The notes beneath the pieces are model-generated. The model was not told the DNA's origin. It saw only the letters and a list, made by a program, of their open reading frames with translations, and did no database searches. The translations under genes and the position numbers were made by a program. From Escherichia coli (GTDB taxonomy: Bacteria; Pseudomonadota; Gammaproteobacteria; Enterobacterales; Enterobacteriaceae): DNA of 64,000 nt. Positions 1 to 10,806 of the stretch are shown here, one piece after another. Position 1 is the first letter of the stretch, and each line of letters starts with the position of its first letter. Where the stretch lies: the NCBI RefSeq assembly GCF_003018255.1, contig NZ_CP027440.1; one strand, written 5' to 3'.

Positions 1-64
1 CTTTTCTGCCGTTTTTAGCCAGGATTAACGCTCAGTTAACTTTTAAGAGTATTGCGGAGCCGTT

Positions 65-1051
65 GTGACCAGGACCAACCTCATCACCGGTTTTCTCGGC
101 AGCGGGAAAACTACGTCGATTCTTCATCTGTTAGCCCATAAAGATCCCAACGAAAAATGGGCGGTACTGGTTAATGAATTTGGGGAAGTCGGAATTGATG
201 GTGCTTTGCTCGCCGATAGCGGCGCATTGCTGAAAGAGATCCCCGGCGGCTGCATGTGCTGCGTTAATGGTTTACCCATGCAGGTAGGATTGAATACCTT
301 ACTGCGTCAGGGAAAACCAGACCGCTTGTTGATAGAGCCGACCGGACTGGGTCATCCGAAACAGATCCTCGATCTCTTAACCGCGCCCGTGTATGAACCG
401 TGGATAGATCTGCGCGCCACGTTGTGCATTCTCGATCCACGCCTGCTGCTGGACGAAAAAAGCGCCAGCAATGAAAACTTCCGTGACCAGCTGGCTGCCG
501 CAGACATTATTGTCGCCAATAAATCCGACCGTGCGACGCCCGAAAGTGAGCAAGCGCTACAGCGCTGGTGGCAGCAAAATGGTGGCGATCGGCAATTAAT
601 TCACAGCGAGCATGGGAAAATTGACGGTCATCTTCTGGATTTGCCGCGTCGCAATTTAGCCGAGTTGCCCGCCAGCGCCGCGCATTCTCATCAGCATGGC
701 GTGAAAAAAGGGTTAGCAGCGTTAAGCCTGCCAGAGCATCAACGCTGGCGTCGCAGTCTGAACAGCGGGCAAGGATATCAGGCCTGTGGCTGGATATTCG
801 ACGCTGATACGGTATTCGACACCATTGGCATTCTGGAATGGGCGCGACTTGCACCGGTGGAACGCGTCAAAGGCGTGATGCGTATTCCCGAAGGGCTGGT
901 GCGAATCAACCGTCAGGGCGATGACCTGCACATTGAAACGCAAAACGTTGCGCCACCGGACAGTCGTATTGAGCTGATTTCCAGCAGCGAAGCTGACTGG
1001 AATGCCTTGCAGAGCGCGCTGTTGAAGCTTCGTTTAGCGACCACCGCGTAA
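65..1051 (+). CDS. yeiR: CobW/COG0523-family zinc-associated GTPase
   Basis: ORF of 328 aa from a GTG start; P-loop GFLGSGKTT at N-terminus, Cys cluster GGCMCC, His-rich segment; length and sequence match E. coli YeiR as recalled. Confidence 0.9.
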   Translation: MTRTNLITGFLGSGKTTSILHLLAHKDPNEKWAVLVNEFGEVGIDGALLADSGALLKEIPGGCMCCVNGLPMQVGLNTLLRQGKPDRLLIEPTGLGHPKQILDLLTAPVYEPWIDLRATLCILDPRLLLDEKSASNENFRDQLAAADIIVANKSDRATPESEQALQRWWQQNGGDRQLIHSEHGKIDGHLLDLPRRNLAELPASAAHSHQHGVKKGLAALSLPEHQRWRRSLNSGQGYQACGWIFDADTVFDTIGILEWARLAPVERVKGVMRIPEGLVRINRQGDDLHIETQNVAPPDSRIELISSSEADWNALQSALLKLRLATTA

Positions 1052-1089
1052 GGTTGCCTGCGTTTTTCAGTAAGATAATTAGAGAAAAT

Positions 1090-1803
1090 ATGATTAAAAA
1101 TTTGCCGCAAATAGTGTTGTTGAATATTGTCGGCCTCGCGCTGTTTCTTTCCTGGTATATTCCCGTTAATCATGGATTCTGGTTGCCGATTGATGCGGAT
1201 ATTTTTTATTTTTTTAATCAGAAACTGGTCGAAAGTAAGGCCTTTTTGTGGCTGGTTGCATTGACCAACAATCGCGCTTTCGACGGTTGTTCACTGCTGG
1301 CGATGGGAATGTTGATGCTGAGTTTCTGGCTGAAAGAAAACGCCCCAGGCAGACGACGTATCGTGATTATTGGTCTGGTCATGCTATTAACTGCAGTGGT
1401 ATTAAACCAGCTGGGTCAGGCATTAATTCCTGTAAAACGGGCCAGCCCAACATTGACTTTTACCGATATTAACCGCGTCAGCGAACTGCTCTCTGTTCCC
1501 ACGAAAGATGCCTCACGAGATAGCTTTCCCGGCGATCACGGTATGATGCTGCTTATTTTTTCGGCATTCATGTGGCGTTATTTCGGCAAAGTTGCAGGCC
1601 TTATCGCCCTTATTATTTTTGTGGTTTTTGCGTTTCCCAGAGTAATGATTGGCGCACACTGGTTTACTGACATCATTGTCGGTTCGATGACCGTGATATT
1701 GATCGGTTTGCCCTGGGTGTTGCTGACGCCATTAAGTGATCGATTAATCACCTTTTTTGACAAATCACTACCGGGAAAAAACAAACATTTCCAAAACAAA
1801 TAA
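1090..1803 (+). CDS. lpxT: lipid A 1-diphosphate synthase / undecaprenyl-pyrophosphate phosphotransferase (PAP2 family)
   Basis: ORF track gives 1054-1803; internal ATG at 1090 (MIKNLPQ...) gives 237 aa, the recalled length of LpxT/YeiU; polytopic membrane protein with PAP2-like motifs (PGDHG, HWFTD). Confidence 0.85.
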   Translation: MIKNLPQIVLLNIVGLALFLSWYIPVNHGFWLPIDADIFYFFNQKLVESKAFLWLVALTNNRAFDGCSLLAMGMLMLSFWLKENAPGRRRIVIIGLVMLLTAVVLNQLGQALIPVKRASPTLTFTDINRVSELLSVPTKDASRDSFPGDHGMMLLIFSAFMWRYFGKVAGLIALIIFVVFAFPRVMIGAHWFTDIIVGSMTVILIGLPWVLLTPLSDRLITFFDKSLPGKNKHFQNK

Positions 1804-1817
1804 CTCACAGTAATTAA

Positions 1818-1860
1818 CATCATCAGGGTTATTTTTATAGTGAGGATAATCCTGATGATG
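1818..1860 (+). other. 15-bp stem / 13-nt loop hairpin just downstream of lpxT stop; the 3' arm covers a GAGGA Shine-Dalgarno-like motif and tandem ATG codons
   Basis: catcatcagggttat (1818-1832) pairs with ataatcctgatgatg (1846-1860) with one G-U wobble; no U-tract follows. Confidence 0.5.
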
Positions 1861-2214
1861 CGCACCGTGCTTTCATCCATCGCGCGCAAAAATCATTCTC
1901 TAAGTAAATGAATGGATTGCATGCGTTTCACTCAATCGTACTTTAATTGACCAATCCCGTTTATTAACTTTCTGTATCACTTTTTCTTATAAAGAATCAT
2001 GTAAAACCGCTCGCCAAGACCGCACCAATCGGGTAATCTCGAACTCGTTTTGCCTCGGCGGTAGATTATCCTCACAGCATATAATTTTGTGCGTTAGTCC
2101 ACAGATTTGGCCTTAAGGAATTGTTTCAACATGCCCAGGTAATTAGTCTCGTGTCGCTTGGCATTTTTTTATAACGATATTTGTCGTTAAGGACTTCAAG
2201 GGAAAACAAACAAC

Positions 2215-2781
2215 ATGGTCAAATCTCAACCGATTTTGAGATATATCTTGCGCGGGATCCCCGCGATTGCAGTAGCGGTTCTGCTTTCTGCATGTAGTGC
2301 AAATAACACCGCAAAGAATATGCATCCTGAGACACGTGCAGTGGGTAGTGAAACATCATCACTGCAAGCTTCTCAGGATGAATTTGAAAACCTGGTTCGT
2401 AATGTCGACGTAAAATCGCGAATTATGGATCAGTATGCTGACTGGAAAGGTGTACGCTATCGTCTGGGTGGCAGCACTAAAAAAGGCATCGATTGTTCTG
2501 GTTTCGTACAGCGTACATTCCGTGAGCAATTTGGCTTAGAACTTCCGCGTTCGACTTACGAACAGCAGGAAATGGGTAAATCTGTTTCCCGCAGTAATTT
2601 GCGTACGGGTGATTTAGTTCTGTTCCGTGCCGGTTCAACAGGACGCCATGTCGGTATTTATATCGGCAACAATCAGTTTGTCCATGCTTCCACCAGCAGT
2701 GGTGTTATTATTTCCAGCATGAATGAACCGTACTGGAAGAAGCGTTACAACGAAGCACGCCGGGTTCTCAGCCGCAGCTAA
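2215..2781 (+). CDS. mepS: NlpC/P60 murein DD-endopeptidase lipoprotein (Spr/MepS)
   Basis: 188 aa; lipoprotein signal (LLSAC), catalytic Cys in DCSGF, His in GRHVGIY; matches MepS length. Confidence 0.95.
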
Positions 2782-2828
2782 TAAACCGTTTGGATGCAAT
2801 CCCTTGGCTATCCTGACGAGTTAACTGA

Positions 2829-2859
2829 AAGCACTGCTTAGGCAGTGCTTTTTTGTTTT
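2829..2859 (+). terminator. rho-independent terminator of mepS
   Basis: aagcactgc / gcagtgctt stem with 4-nt loop followed by TTTTTTGTTTT. Confidence 0.75.
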
Positions 2860-2961
2860 CATTCATCAGAGAAAATGATGTTTCCGCGTCTTGATCCAGG
2901 CTATAGTCCGGTCATTGTTATCTTTTAAATGTTGTCGTAATTTCAGGAAATTAACGGAATC

Positions 2962-4518
2962 ATGTTCATACGCGCTCCCAATTCTGGACGTAAGCTCCTG
3001 CTTACCTGCATTGTTGCAGGCGTGATGATTGCGATACTGGTGAGCTGCCTTCAGTTTTTAGTGGCCTGGCATAAGCACGAAGTCAAATACGACACACTGA
3101 TTACCGACGTACAAAAGTATCTCGATACCTATTTTACCGACCTGAAATCCACTACTGACCGGCTCCAGCCGCTGACCTTAGATACCTGCCAGCAGGCTAA
3201 CCCCGAACTGACTGCCCGCGCGGCGTTTAGCATGAATGTCCGTACGTTTGTGCTGGTGAAAGATAAAAAAACATTCTGTTCATCTGCGACTGGTGAGATG
3301 GACATTCCACTAAAAGAATTGATTCCGGCGCTCGACATTAATAAAAATGTCGATATGGCGATCTTACCCGGTACGCCGATGGTGCCGAACAAACCCGCAA
3401 TCGTCATCTGGTATCGCAACCCGTTGTTGAAAAATAGTGGCGTGTTTGCCGCGCTGAATCTCAATCTGACGCCTTCTCTCTTTTATAGTTCACGGCAGGA
3501 AGATTACGATGGCGTCGCCCTCATTATTGGTAATACTGCGCTATCTACCTTTTCTTCACGTTTGATGAACGTTAATGAATTAACCGACATGCCGGTCCGT
3601 GAAACTAAAATTGCGGGCATTCCTCTGACCGTTCGGCTTTATGCAGATGACTGGACATGGAACGATGTGTGGTACGCATTTTTACTGGGTGGCATGAGTG
3701 GAACTTTCGTTGGACTTCTCTGCTATTACCTGATGAGTGTGCGTATGCGCCCAGGCAGAGAAATCATGACCGCCATCAAGCGCGAACAATTTTACGTGGT
3801 GTATCAACCGGTGGTGGATACACAAGCTTTGCGGGTAACGGGCCTGGAAGTACTGCTACGCTGGCGGCATCCAGTAGCAGGAGAAATCCCCCCGGATGCC
3901 TTCATTAACTTTGCCGAAGCGCAAAAGATGATTGTGCCACTGACTCAGCACCTGTTTGAGTTGATTGCCCGCGATGCCGCAGAATTAGAAAAAGTACTGC
4001 CGGTAGGCGTCAAATTTGGCATTAACATTGCGCCGGCCCACTTGCACAGCGAAAGCTTTAAAGCGGATATCCAGAAACTGCTCACTTCCCTGCCCGCACA
4101 CCATTTCCAGATTGTGCTGGAAATTACCGAGCGCGATATGCTGAAAGAGCGAGAAGCCACACAACTCTTCGCCTGGCTGCATTCGGTCGGCGTAGAAATT
4201 GCTATTGATGACTTCGGCACCGGGCACAGCGCGCTTATCTATCTTGAGCGTTTTACGCTCGATTATCTGAAAATTGATCGTGGATTTATCAACGCCATCG
4301 GTACGGAAACGATCACTTCACCCGTACTTGACGCGGTGCTGACGCTGGCGAAACGCCTCAATATGCTGACGGTTGCTGAAGGGGTCGAAACGCCAGAACA
4401 GGCACGATGGCTAAGCGAACGCGGCGTTAATTTCATGCAAGGCTACTGGATTAGTCGCCCGTTACCGCTGGACGATTTTGTTCGCTGGCTGAAGAAACCG
4501 TATACGCCGCAGTGGTAA
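2962..4518 (+). CDS. rtn: membrane-anchored EAL-domain c-di-GMP phosphodiesterase (Rtn/PdeN)
   Basis: 518 aa; N-terminal TM segment, CSS-type periplasmic region, EAL-like motif (EVLLRW) and downstream DDFGTG motif. Confidence 0.9.
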   Translation: MFIRAPNSGRKLLLTCIVAGVMIAILVSCLQFLVAWHKHEVKYDTLITDVQKYLDTYFTDLKSTTDRLQPLTLDTCQQANPELTARAAFSMNVRTFVLVKDKKTFCSSATGEMDIPLKELIPALDINKNVDMAILPGTPMVPNKPAIVIWYRNPLLKNSGVFAALNLNLTPSLFYSSRQEDYDGVALIIGNTALSTFSSRLMNVNELTDMPVRETKIAGIPLTVRLYADDWTWNDVWYAFLLGGMSGTFVGLLCYYLMSVRMRPGREIMTAIKREQFYVVYQPVVDTQALRVTGLEVLLRWRHPVAGEIPPDAFINFAEAQKMIVPLTQHLFELIARDAAELEKVLPVGVKFGINIAPAHLHSESFKADIQKLLTSLPAHHFQIVLEITERDMLKEREATQLFAWLHSVGVEIAIDDFGTGHSALIYLERFTLDYLKIDRGFINAIGTETITSPVLDAVLTLAKRLNMLTVAEGVETPEQARWLSERGVNFMQGYWISRPLPLDDFVRWLKKPYTPQW

Positions 4519-4599
4519 GGTGTGCTTACGTCCCTTATTATTCATAGTGAAAGCATGCCGGATTGCGGCTAATGATGAGTAAAAGGAAATCCGTTGCAG

Positions 4600-6414
4600 A
4601 TGATTGTGCGCATACTGCTGCTGTTTATCGCTCTGTTCACCTTTGGTGCGCAGGCGCAGACTATCAAGGAAAGCTATGCCTTTGCCGTACTGGGCGAACC
4701 CCGGTACGCATTTAATTTCAACCATTTTGATTATGTGAACCCCGCCGCGCCAAAAGGTGGGCAAATAACGTTGTCTGCGCTCGGCACCTTCGATAATTTC
4801 AACCGCTATGCACTGCGCGGCAATGCGGGCGCACGCACCGAGCAGCTGTACGACACGCTATTTACGACTTCCGATGACGAACCAGGCAGTTATTACCCGC
4901 TGATTGCTGAAAGCGCACGCTATGCTGACGATTATTCCTGGGTGGAGGTCGCTATTAATCCACGCGCCCGTTTTCATGATGGTTCGCCCATTACTGCCCG
5001 CGATGTAGAGTTTACTTTTCAAAAATTTATGACCGAAGGCGTGCCGCAATTTCGTCTGGTCTACAAAGGCACCACCGTCAAAGCCATTGCGCCGTTAACC
5101 GTGCGCATTGAGTTAGCGAAACCCGGCAAAGAAGATATGCTGAGCCTGTTTTCGCTGCCGGTCTTTCCAGAAAAGTACTGGAAGGATCACAAACTTAGCG
5201 ACCCGCTCGCCACGCCTCCGCTTGCCAGTGGTCCGTACCGAATTACGTCCTGGAAAATGGGGCAAAATATTGTCTATTCCCGCGTGAAAGATTACTGGGC
5301 AGCAAACTTACCGGTAAACCGTGGACGCTGGAATTTCGACACCATTCGCTACGATTATTACCTCGATGATAATGTCGCCTTTGAAGCGTTTAAAGCCGGT
5401 GCCTTTGATTTGCGTTTGGAAAACGACGCCAAAAACTGGGTCACGCGCTATACCGGTAAAAATTTCGATAAGAAATACATCATCAAAGATGAGCAAAAGA
5501 ACGAATCAGCCCAGGATACGCGCTGGCTGGCGTTTAATATCCAACGTCCGGTATTCAGCGATCGCCGGGTGCGGGAAGCAATCACTCTCGCCTTTGACTT
5601 TGAATGGATGAACAAGGCGTTGTTTTATAATGCCTGGAGTCGCACGAACAGTTATTTTCAGAATACCGAATATGCGGCCAGAAATTACCCCGACGCCGCG
5701 GAGCTGGTGCTTCTGGCACCAATGAAAAAAGATCTACCGCCAGAAGTCTTCACGCAAATCTACCAGCCGCCGGTATCCAAAGGCGATGGCTACGATCGTG
5801 ACAACCTGTTAAAAGCCGACAAACTTCTCAACGAAGCGGGCTGGGTGCTGAAGGGTCAGCAACGCGTAAATGCCACAACGGGTCAGCCGCTCAGCTTTGA
5901 GTTATTGCTACCTTCGAGCAGCAATAGTCAGTGGGTATTGCCGTTCCAGCACAGCCTGCAACGGCTGGGTATCAACATGGACATTCGCAAAGTGGATAAC
6001 TCGCAAATCACCAACCGCATGCGCAGTCGCGACTATGACATGATGCCGCGCGTATGGCGGGCGATGCCGTGGCCCAGTTCCGATTTACAGATTTCCTGGT
6101 CATCGGAATATATCAATTCCACTTATAATGCCCCCGGCGTGCAAAGCCCGGTTATCGACTCGCTGATCAACCAAATTATTGCCGCGCAGGGAAATAAAGA
6201 AAAATTACTGCCGTTGGGGCGAGCACTGGATCGCGTATTAACGTGGAATTATTACATGCTGCCAATGTGGTACATGGCGGAAGACCGTCTCGCCTGGTGG
6301 GATAAATTCTCCCAACCCGCTGTACGCCCTGTTTACAGCCTGGGTATTGATACCTGGTGGTATGACGTTAATAAAGCGACGAAACTGCCGTCAGCCAGAC
6401 AACAGGGAGAGTAG
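4600..6414 (+). CDS. yejA: periplasmic substrate-binding protein of peptide/microcin C ABC importer (SBP family 5)
   Basis: ORF track 4594-6414; ATG at 4600 gives 604 aa as in YejA; signal peptide then large SBP; first gene of yejABEF. Confidence 0.9.
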   Translation: MIVRILLLFIALFTFGAQAQTIKESYAFAVLGEPRYAFNFNHFDYVNPAAPKGGQITLSALGTFDNFNRYALRGNAGARTEQLYDTLFTTSDDEPGSYYPLIAESARYADDYSWVEVAINPRARFHDGSPITARDVEFTFQKFMTEGVPQFRLVYKGTTVKAIAPLTVRIELAKPGKEDMLSLFSLPVFPEKYWKDHKLSDPLATPPLASGPYRITSWKMGQNIVYSRVKDYWAANLPVNRGRWNFDTIRYDYYLDDNVAFEAFKAGAFDLRLENDAKNWVTRYTGKNFDKKYIIKDEQKNESAQDTRWLAFNIQRPVFSDRRVREAITLAFDFEWMNKALFYNAWSRTNSYFQNTEYAARNYPDAAELVLLAPMKKDLPPEVFTQIYQPPVSKGDGYDRDNLLKADKLLNEAGWVLKGQQRVNATTGQPLSFELLLPSSSNSQWVLPFQHSLQRLGINMDIRKVDNSQITNRMRSRDYDMMPRVWRAMPWPSSDLQISWSSEYINSTYNAPGVQSPVIDSLINQIIAAQGNKEKLLPLGRALDRVLTWNYYMLPMWYMAEDRLAWWDKFSQPAVRPVYSLGIDTWWYDVNKATKLPSARQQGE

Positions 6415-7509
6415 ATGGGCGCTTATCTGATTCGCCGTCTGTTGCTGGTGATCCCAACGTTATGGGCGATTATCACTATCAACTTTTTCATCGTGCAAAT
6501 TGCGCCTGGCGGTCCGGTCGACCAGGCCATCGCCGCCATTGAGTTTGGTAATACTGGTGTATTACCCGGTGCAGGCGGTGAAGGTGTTCGCGCCAGCCAT
6601 GCACAAACGGGCGTCGGTAATATCAGCGACAGTAATTACCGTGGCGGACGCGGATTGGATCCAGAAGTGATCGCCGAGATCACTCATCGCTACGGTTTCG
6701 ATAAGCCGATCCACGAACGTTACTTCAAAATGCTCTGGGACTACATCCGTTTTGATTTTGGCGACAGCCTTTTTCGCAGCGCCTCGGTGCTGACGCTGAT
6801 TAAAGACAGTCTGCCGGTCTCCATCACCCTCGGATTGTGGAGCACGCTGATTATCTATCTGGTGTCGATTCCGTTAGGCATTCGCAAAGCTGTTTATAAT
6901 GGGAGCCGTTTTGACGTCTGGAGTAGTGCATTTATCATCATCGGCTACGCCATTCCGGCCTTTTTGTTTGCCATCCTGCTGATTGTCTTCTTCGCGGGCG
7001 GCAGCTATTTCGACCTGTTCCCTCTGCGCGGCCTGGTTTCCGCTAACTTTGATTCGCTGCCGTGGTATCAGAAAATCACCGATTATCTGTGGCATATCAC
7101 GCTGCCGGTGCTGGCGACAGTGATTGGCGGCTTTGCGGCTCTGACCATGCTGACAAAAAACTCATTCCTTGATGAAGTGCGTAAGCAATACGTGGTGACG
7201 GCACGTGCGAAAGGGGTAAGTGAAAAAAATATTCTCTGGAAACATGTGTTCCGCAACGCCATGCTGCTGGTGATTGCCGGTTTTCCGGCGACGTTTATCA
7301 GCATGTTTTTTACCGGCTCGCTGCTGATTGAGGTGATGTTTTCACTCAATGGTCTTGGCTTACTGGGCTACGAAGCGACCGTCTCGCGCGATTATCCTGT
7401 AATGTTTGGTACCTTGTATATTTTCACCCTGATTGGCCTGCTGCTGAATATTGTCAGTGATATCAGCTATACGCTGGTCGATCCGCGTATAGATTTTGAG
7501 GGACGTTAA
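6415..7509 (+). CDS. yejB: ABC importer permease
   Basis: 364 aa polytopic membrane protein; start adjacent to yejA stop; OppB-like. Confidence 0.9.
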   Translation: MGAYLIRRLLLVIPTLWAIITINFFIVQIAPGGPVDQAIAAIEFGNTGVLPGAGGEGVRASHAQTGVGNISDSNYRGGRGLDPEVIAEITHRYGFDKPIHERYFKMLWDYIRFDFGDSLFRSASVLTLIKDSLPVSITLGLWSTLIIYLVSIPLGIRKAVYNGSRFDVWSSAFIIIGYAIPAFLFAILLIVFFAGGSYFDLFPLRGLVSANFDSLPWYQKITDYLWHITLPVLATVIGGFAALTMLTKNSFLDEVRKQYVVTARAKGVSEKNILWKHVFRNAMLLVIAGFPATFISMFFTGSLLIEVMFSLNGLGLLGYEATVSRDYPVMFGTLYIFTLIGLLLNIVSDISYTLVDPRIDFEGR

Positions 7510-8534
7510 TGTCGCGACTCAGCCCCGTCAATCAGGCCCGTTGGGCGCGTTTTCGTCATAACCGTCGCGGCTACTGGTCGTTATGGATTTTCCTCGTCTT
7601 GTTTGGTTTGAGTTTGTGTTCTGAACTTATCGCCAACGATAAACCGTTGCTGGTGCGTTATGACGGCAGTTGGTATTTCCCGTTGTTGAAAAACTACAGC
7701 GAAAGCGATTTTGGCGGCCCGCTGGCAAGTCAGGCTGATTATCAGGACCCGTGGCTGAAACAACGGCTGGAAAATAACGGCTGGGTACTGTGGGCACCGA
7801 TTCGCTTTGGTGCTACCAGTATCAACTTTGCTACCGATAAGCCCTTCCCTTCTCCACCCTCCCGGCAAAACTGGCTGGGAACGGATGCCAATGGCGGCGA
7901 TGTGCTGGCGCGCATTCTCTATGGCACGCGGATCTCGGTTCTGTTTGGCCTGATGCTGACTCTCTGTTCCAGCGTGATGGGCGTGCTGGCGGGGGCGCTA
8001 CAAGGCTATTACGGCGGTAAAGTCGATCTCTGGGGGCAACGCTTTATTGAAGTATGGTCAGGGATGCCGACGCTGTTTTTGATTATTTTACTTTCCAGCG
8101 TCGTACAGCCTAACTTCTGGTGGCTGCTGGCAATTACCGTCTTGTTTGGCTGGATGAGTCTGGTCGGCGTGGTGCGGGCGGAGTTTTTACGTACCCGTAA
8201 TTTCGACTACATCCGCGCGGCGCAGGCGCTTGGCGTCAGCGATCGCAGTATCATCCTGCGTCATATGTTGCCAAATGCCATGGTCGCTACCCTCACCTTT
8301 TTACCGTTTATTTTATGTAGTTCGATAACCACCCTGACCTCACTCGATTTCCTCGGCTTCGGTCTGCCGCTCGGTTCACCGTCACTCGGCGAACTGCTGT
8401 TACAAGGGAAAAATAACCTTCAGGCCCCGTGGCTTGGGATCACCGCCTTCTTGTCGGTGGCGATATTGTTGTCTTTGCTGATCTTTATTGGTGAAGCCGT
8501 CCGCGACGCATTTGATCCTAATAAGGCGGTGTAG
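7509..8534 (+). CDS. yejE: ABC importer permease
   Basis: 341 aa polytopic membrane protein; start overlaps yejB stop; OppC-like. Confidence 0.9.
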   Translation: MSRLSPVNQARWARFRHNRRGYWSLWIFLVLFGLSLCSELIANDKPLLVRYDGSWYFPLLKNYSESDFGGPLASQADYQDPWLKQRLENNGWVLWAPIRFGATSINFATDKPFPSPPSRQNWLGTDANGGDVLARILYGTRISVLFGLMLTLCSSVMGVLAGALQGYYGGKVDLWGQRFIEVWSGMPTLFLIILLSSVVQPNFWWLLAITVLFGWMSLVGVVRAEFLRTRNFDYIRAAQALGVSDRSIILRHMLPNAMVATLTFLPFILCSSITTLTSLDFLGFGLPLGSPSLGELLLQGKNNLQAPWLGITAFLSVAILLSLLIFIGEAVRDAFDPNKAV

Positions 8535-8535
8535 C

Positions 8536-10125
8536 ATGACGCAAACTCTGTTAGCGATTGAAAATTTGTCGGTGGGTTTTCGCCATCAGCAAACCGTACG
8601 CACAGTAGTCAATGATGTTTCACTTCAGATTGAGGCTGGCGAAACGCTGGCGCTGGTGGGTGAGTCAGGTTCAGGCAAAAGCGTTACCGCGCTGTCAATT
8701 TTACGCCTGCTCCCTTCCCCGCCGGTTGAATATCTCTCCGGCGATATTCGTTTTCATGGCGAATCGCTGCTTCATGCCAGCGATCAAACGTTGCGCGGTG
8801 TACGCGGTAATAAGATCGCCATGATTTTTCAGGAGCCGATGGTGTCGTTAAATCCATTACATACCCTGGAAAAACAGCTTTATGAAGTACTTTCACTCCA
8901 CCGCGGGATGCGTCGGGAAGCGGCTCGTGGCGAAATTCTTAACTGCCTTGATCGCGTCGGTATCCGCCAGGCGGCAAAACGGCTGACAGATTATCCGCAT
9001 CAGCTCTCCGGCGGCGAACGCCAGCGGGTGATGATTGCGATGGCGCTGTTAACGCGACCGGAATTATTAATTGCCGATGAACCAACCACCGCGCTGGACG
9101 TCTCTGTCCAGGCGCAGATTTTACAGCTGTTGCGCGAACTGCAAGGCGAGCTGAATATGGGTATGCTGTTTATTACTCATAACCTCAGCATTGTTAGAAA
9201 ACTGGCCCACCGCGTGGCGGTAATGCAAAACGGTCGCTGTGTCGAGCAAAATAACGCCGCTACGCTATTTGCCTCACCCACTCATCCTTACACACAAAAG
9301 CTACTCAACAGTGAACCGTCAGGCGACCCGGTCCCATTGCCAGAACCTGCCTCAACGTTGCTGGATGTTGAACAGCTTCAGGTTGCCTTCCCCATTCGCA
9401 AAGGGATTTTGAAGCGCATTGTGGATCATAATGTGGTGGTGAAAAACATCAGTTTTACGCTACGAGCGGGTGAAACACTGGGTTTAGTGGGCGAGTCTGG
9501 TTCCGGGAAAAGCACGACGGGACTGGCGCTGCTGCGACTGATTAACTCTCAGGGCAGCATCGTCTTTGACGGTAAGCCACTGCAAAATTTAAATCGCCGC
9601 CAGCTGTTACCTATTCGTCATCGCATTCAGGTGGTATTTCAGGATCCAAACTCCTCGCTCAACCCACGACTCAACGTTTTGCAGATTATTGAGGAAGGCT
9701 TACGGGTTCACCAGCCGACGCTTTCTGCCGCGCAACGCGAACAACAAGTGATAGCCGTGATGCATGAAGTGGGATTAGATCCTGAAACACGCCACCGTTA
9801 TCCGGCGGAGTTCTCTGGTGGTCAGCGGCAACGTATTGCGATTGCCAGGGCGTTAATTCTTAAGCCCTCGCTGATCATTCTTGATGAACCAACATCATCA
9901 CTCGACAAAACGGTGCAGGCGCAAATATTGACGCTATTGAAATCATTGCAACAAAAGCATCAACTGGCCTATTTGTTTATCAGCCACGATTTGCACGTTG
10001 TCCGCGCGTTATGTCATCAGGTTATCGTACTGCGACAAGGGGAAGTAGTGGAACAAGGACCGTGCGCGCGCGTGTTTGCCGCACCGCAGCAGGAGTATAC
10101 GCGTCAGCTACTGGCGTTGAGCTGA
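8536..10125 (+). CDS. yejF: ABC importer ATPase with two fused nucleotide-binding domains
   Basis: ORF track 8488-10125; ATG at 8536 ([11 protein letters not shown]) gives 529 aa; two Walker A motifs (GESGSGKS twice) and two LSGG signature motifs. Confidence 0.9.
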   Translation: MTQTLLAIENLSVGFRHQQTVRTVVNDVSLQIEAGETLALVGESGSGKSVTALSILRLLPSPPVEYLSGDIRFHGESLLHASDQTLRGVRGNKIAMIFQEPMVSLNPLHTLEKQLYEVLSLHRGMRREAARGEILNCLDRVGIRQAAKRLTDYPHQLSGGERQRVMIAMALLTRPELLIADEPTTALDVSVQAQILQLLRELQGELNMGMLFITHNLSIVRKLAHRVAVMQNGRCVEQNNAATLFASPTHPYTQKLLNSEPSGDPVPLPEPASTLLDVEQLQVAFPIRKGILKRIVDHNVVVKNISFTLRAGETLGLVGESGSGKSTTGLALLRLINSQGSIVFDGKPLQNLNRRQLLPIRHRIQVVFQDPNSSLNPRLNVLQIIEEGLRVHQPTLSAAQREQQVIAVMHEVGLDPETRHRYPAEFSGGQRQRIAIARALILKPSLIILDEPTSSLDKTVQAQILTLLKSLQQKHQLAYLFISHDLHVVRALCHQVIVLRQGEVVEQGPCARVFAAPQQEYTRQLLALS

Positions 10126-10128
10126 CGC

Positions 10129-10473
10129 TTAAAAAGGATTGTAGTTTGAAAAGGGTTCGGCAATTGCCACACCAAAATTTTTCAATCGGCATGTTGCAGC
10201 AAATTCGTCCTGGCGATTTACAAACAGGCACGGCTCACCTTCACACTCCAGCACCGAACATGGAACTTCGATGTCGCTTAACGCCTGGCTTAGTTTGTAC
10301 ATCACCGACCATGCATTATCACCATCCGGGCTAAGCAATTTAAGCGCCACCAGGCTGTTGTCACCGCACGGTCCATTTTGCGGAATCGGTTCAACCTTCG
10401 AACCTGCGAAACCAGCAGACCAGCGATAGTTCTGCGGCAGTCGATGGACGATTGAGAGTTGTAATGAAGTCAC
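10129..10473 (-). CDS. yejG: conserved protein of unknown function YejG
   Basis: 114 aa ORF, length and sequence match YejG. Confidence 0.85.
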
Positions 10474-10806
10474 TTATTTTCCCCGGAAGTACATTTTACT
10501 TCACAATTTGTTTACATCAATTTTAACACATCATCAACAATCCGTCTTTATACAGATCGTAAAGATTGATGCCTCGCCTGCGTGGCCTCTATGGCTCTGA
10601 TTTAAATAATATCTGCGGGCGTGGTCACGTTTGCGGGGCTATATGTACCCGTTTCTGCGATCTAACTCAACCTTTTTAACTACAATGATGTGACTTTTTA
10701 CATAAATTGATTTTACATAAAATAAACATATATCGGGGGAATGATAGATTTGTGGTTGACATGCATCAACAAAGGAAGCCTTTTAGCTTCCTCGTTGTGC
10801 AATAGA

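Noticed and set aside
1054-1089. Longer N-terminal extensions offered by the ORF track for lpxT, yejA, yejF, rsuA, rplY, narP, ccmC, napB, eco, rcsB, atoS and yfaT
   Set aside because: Internal starts reproduce the known protein lengths and give sensible N-termini (signal peptides, conserved first residues); the extensions add unconserved-looking residues and remove the intergenic space needed for ribosome-binding sites
10697-10723. Direct repeat TTTTACATAAA twice, 16 bp apart, upstream of yejG
   Set aside because: Short AT-rich repeat in a promoter-like region; too short to distinguish from chance without conservation data
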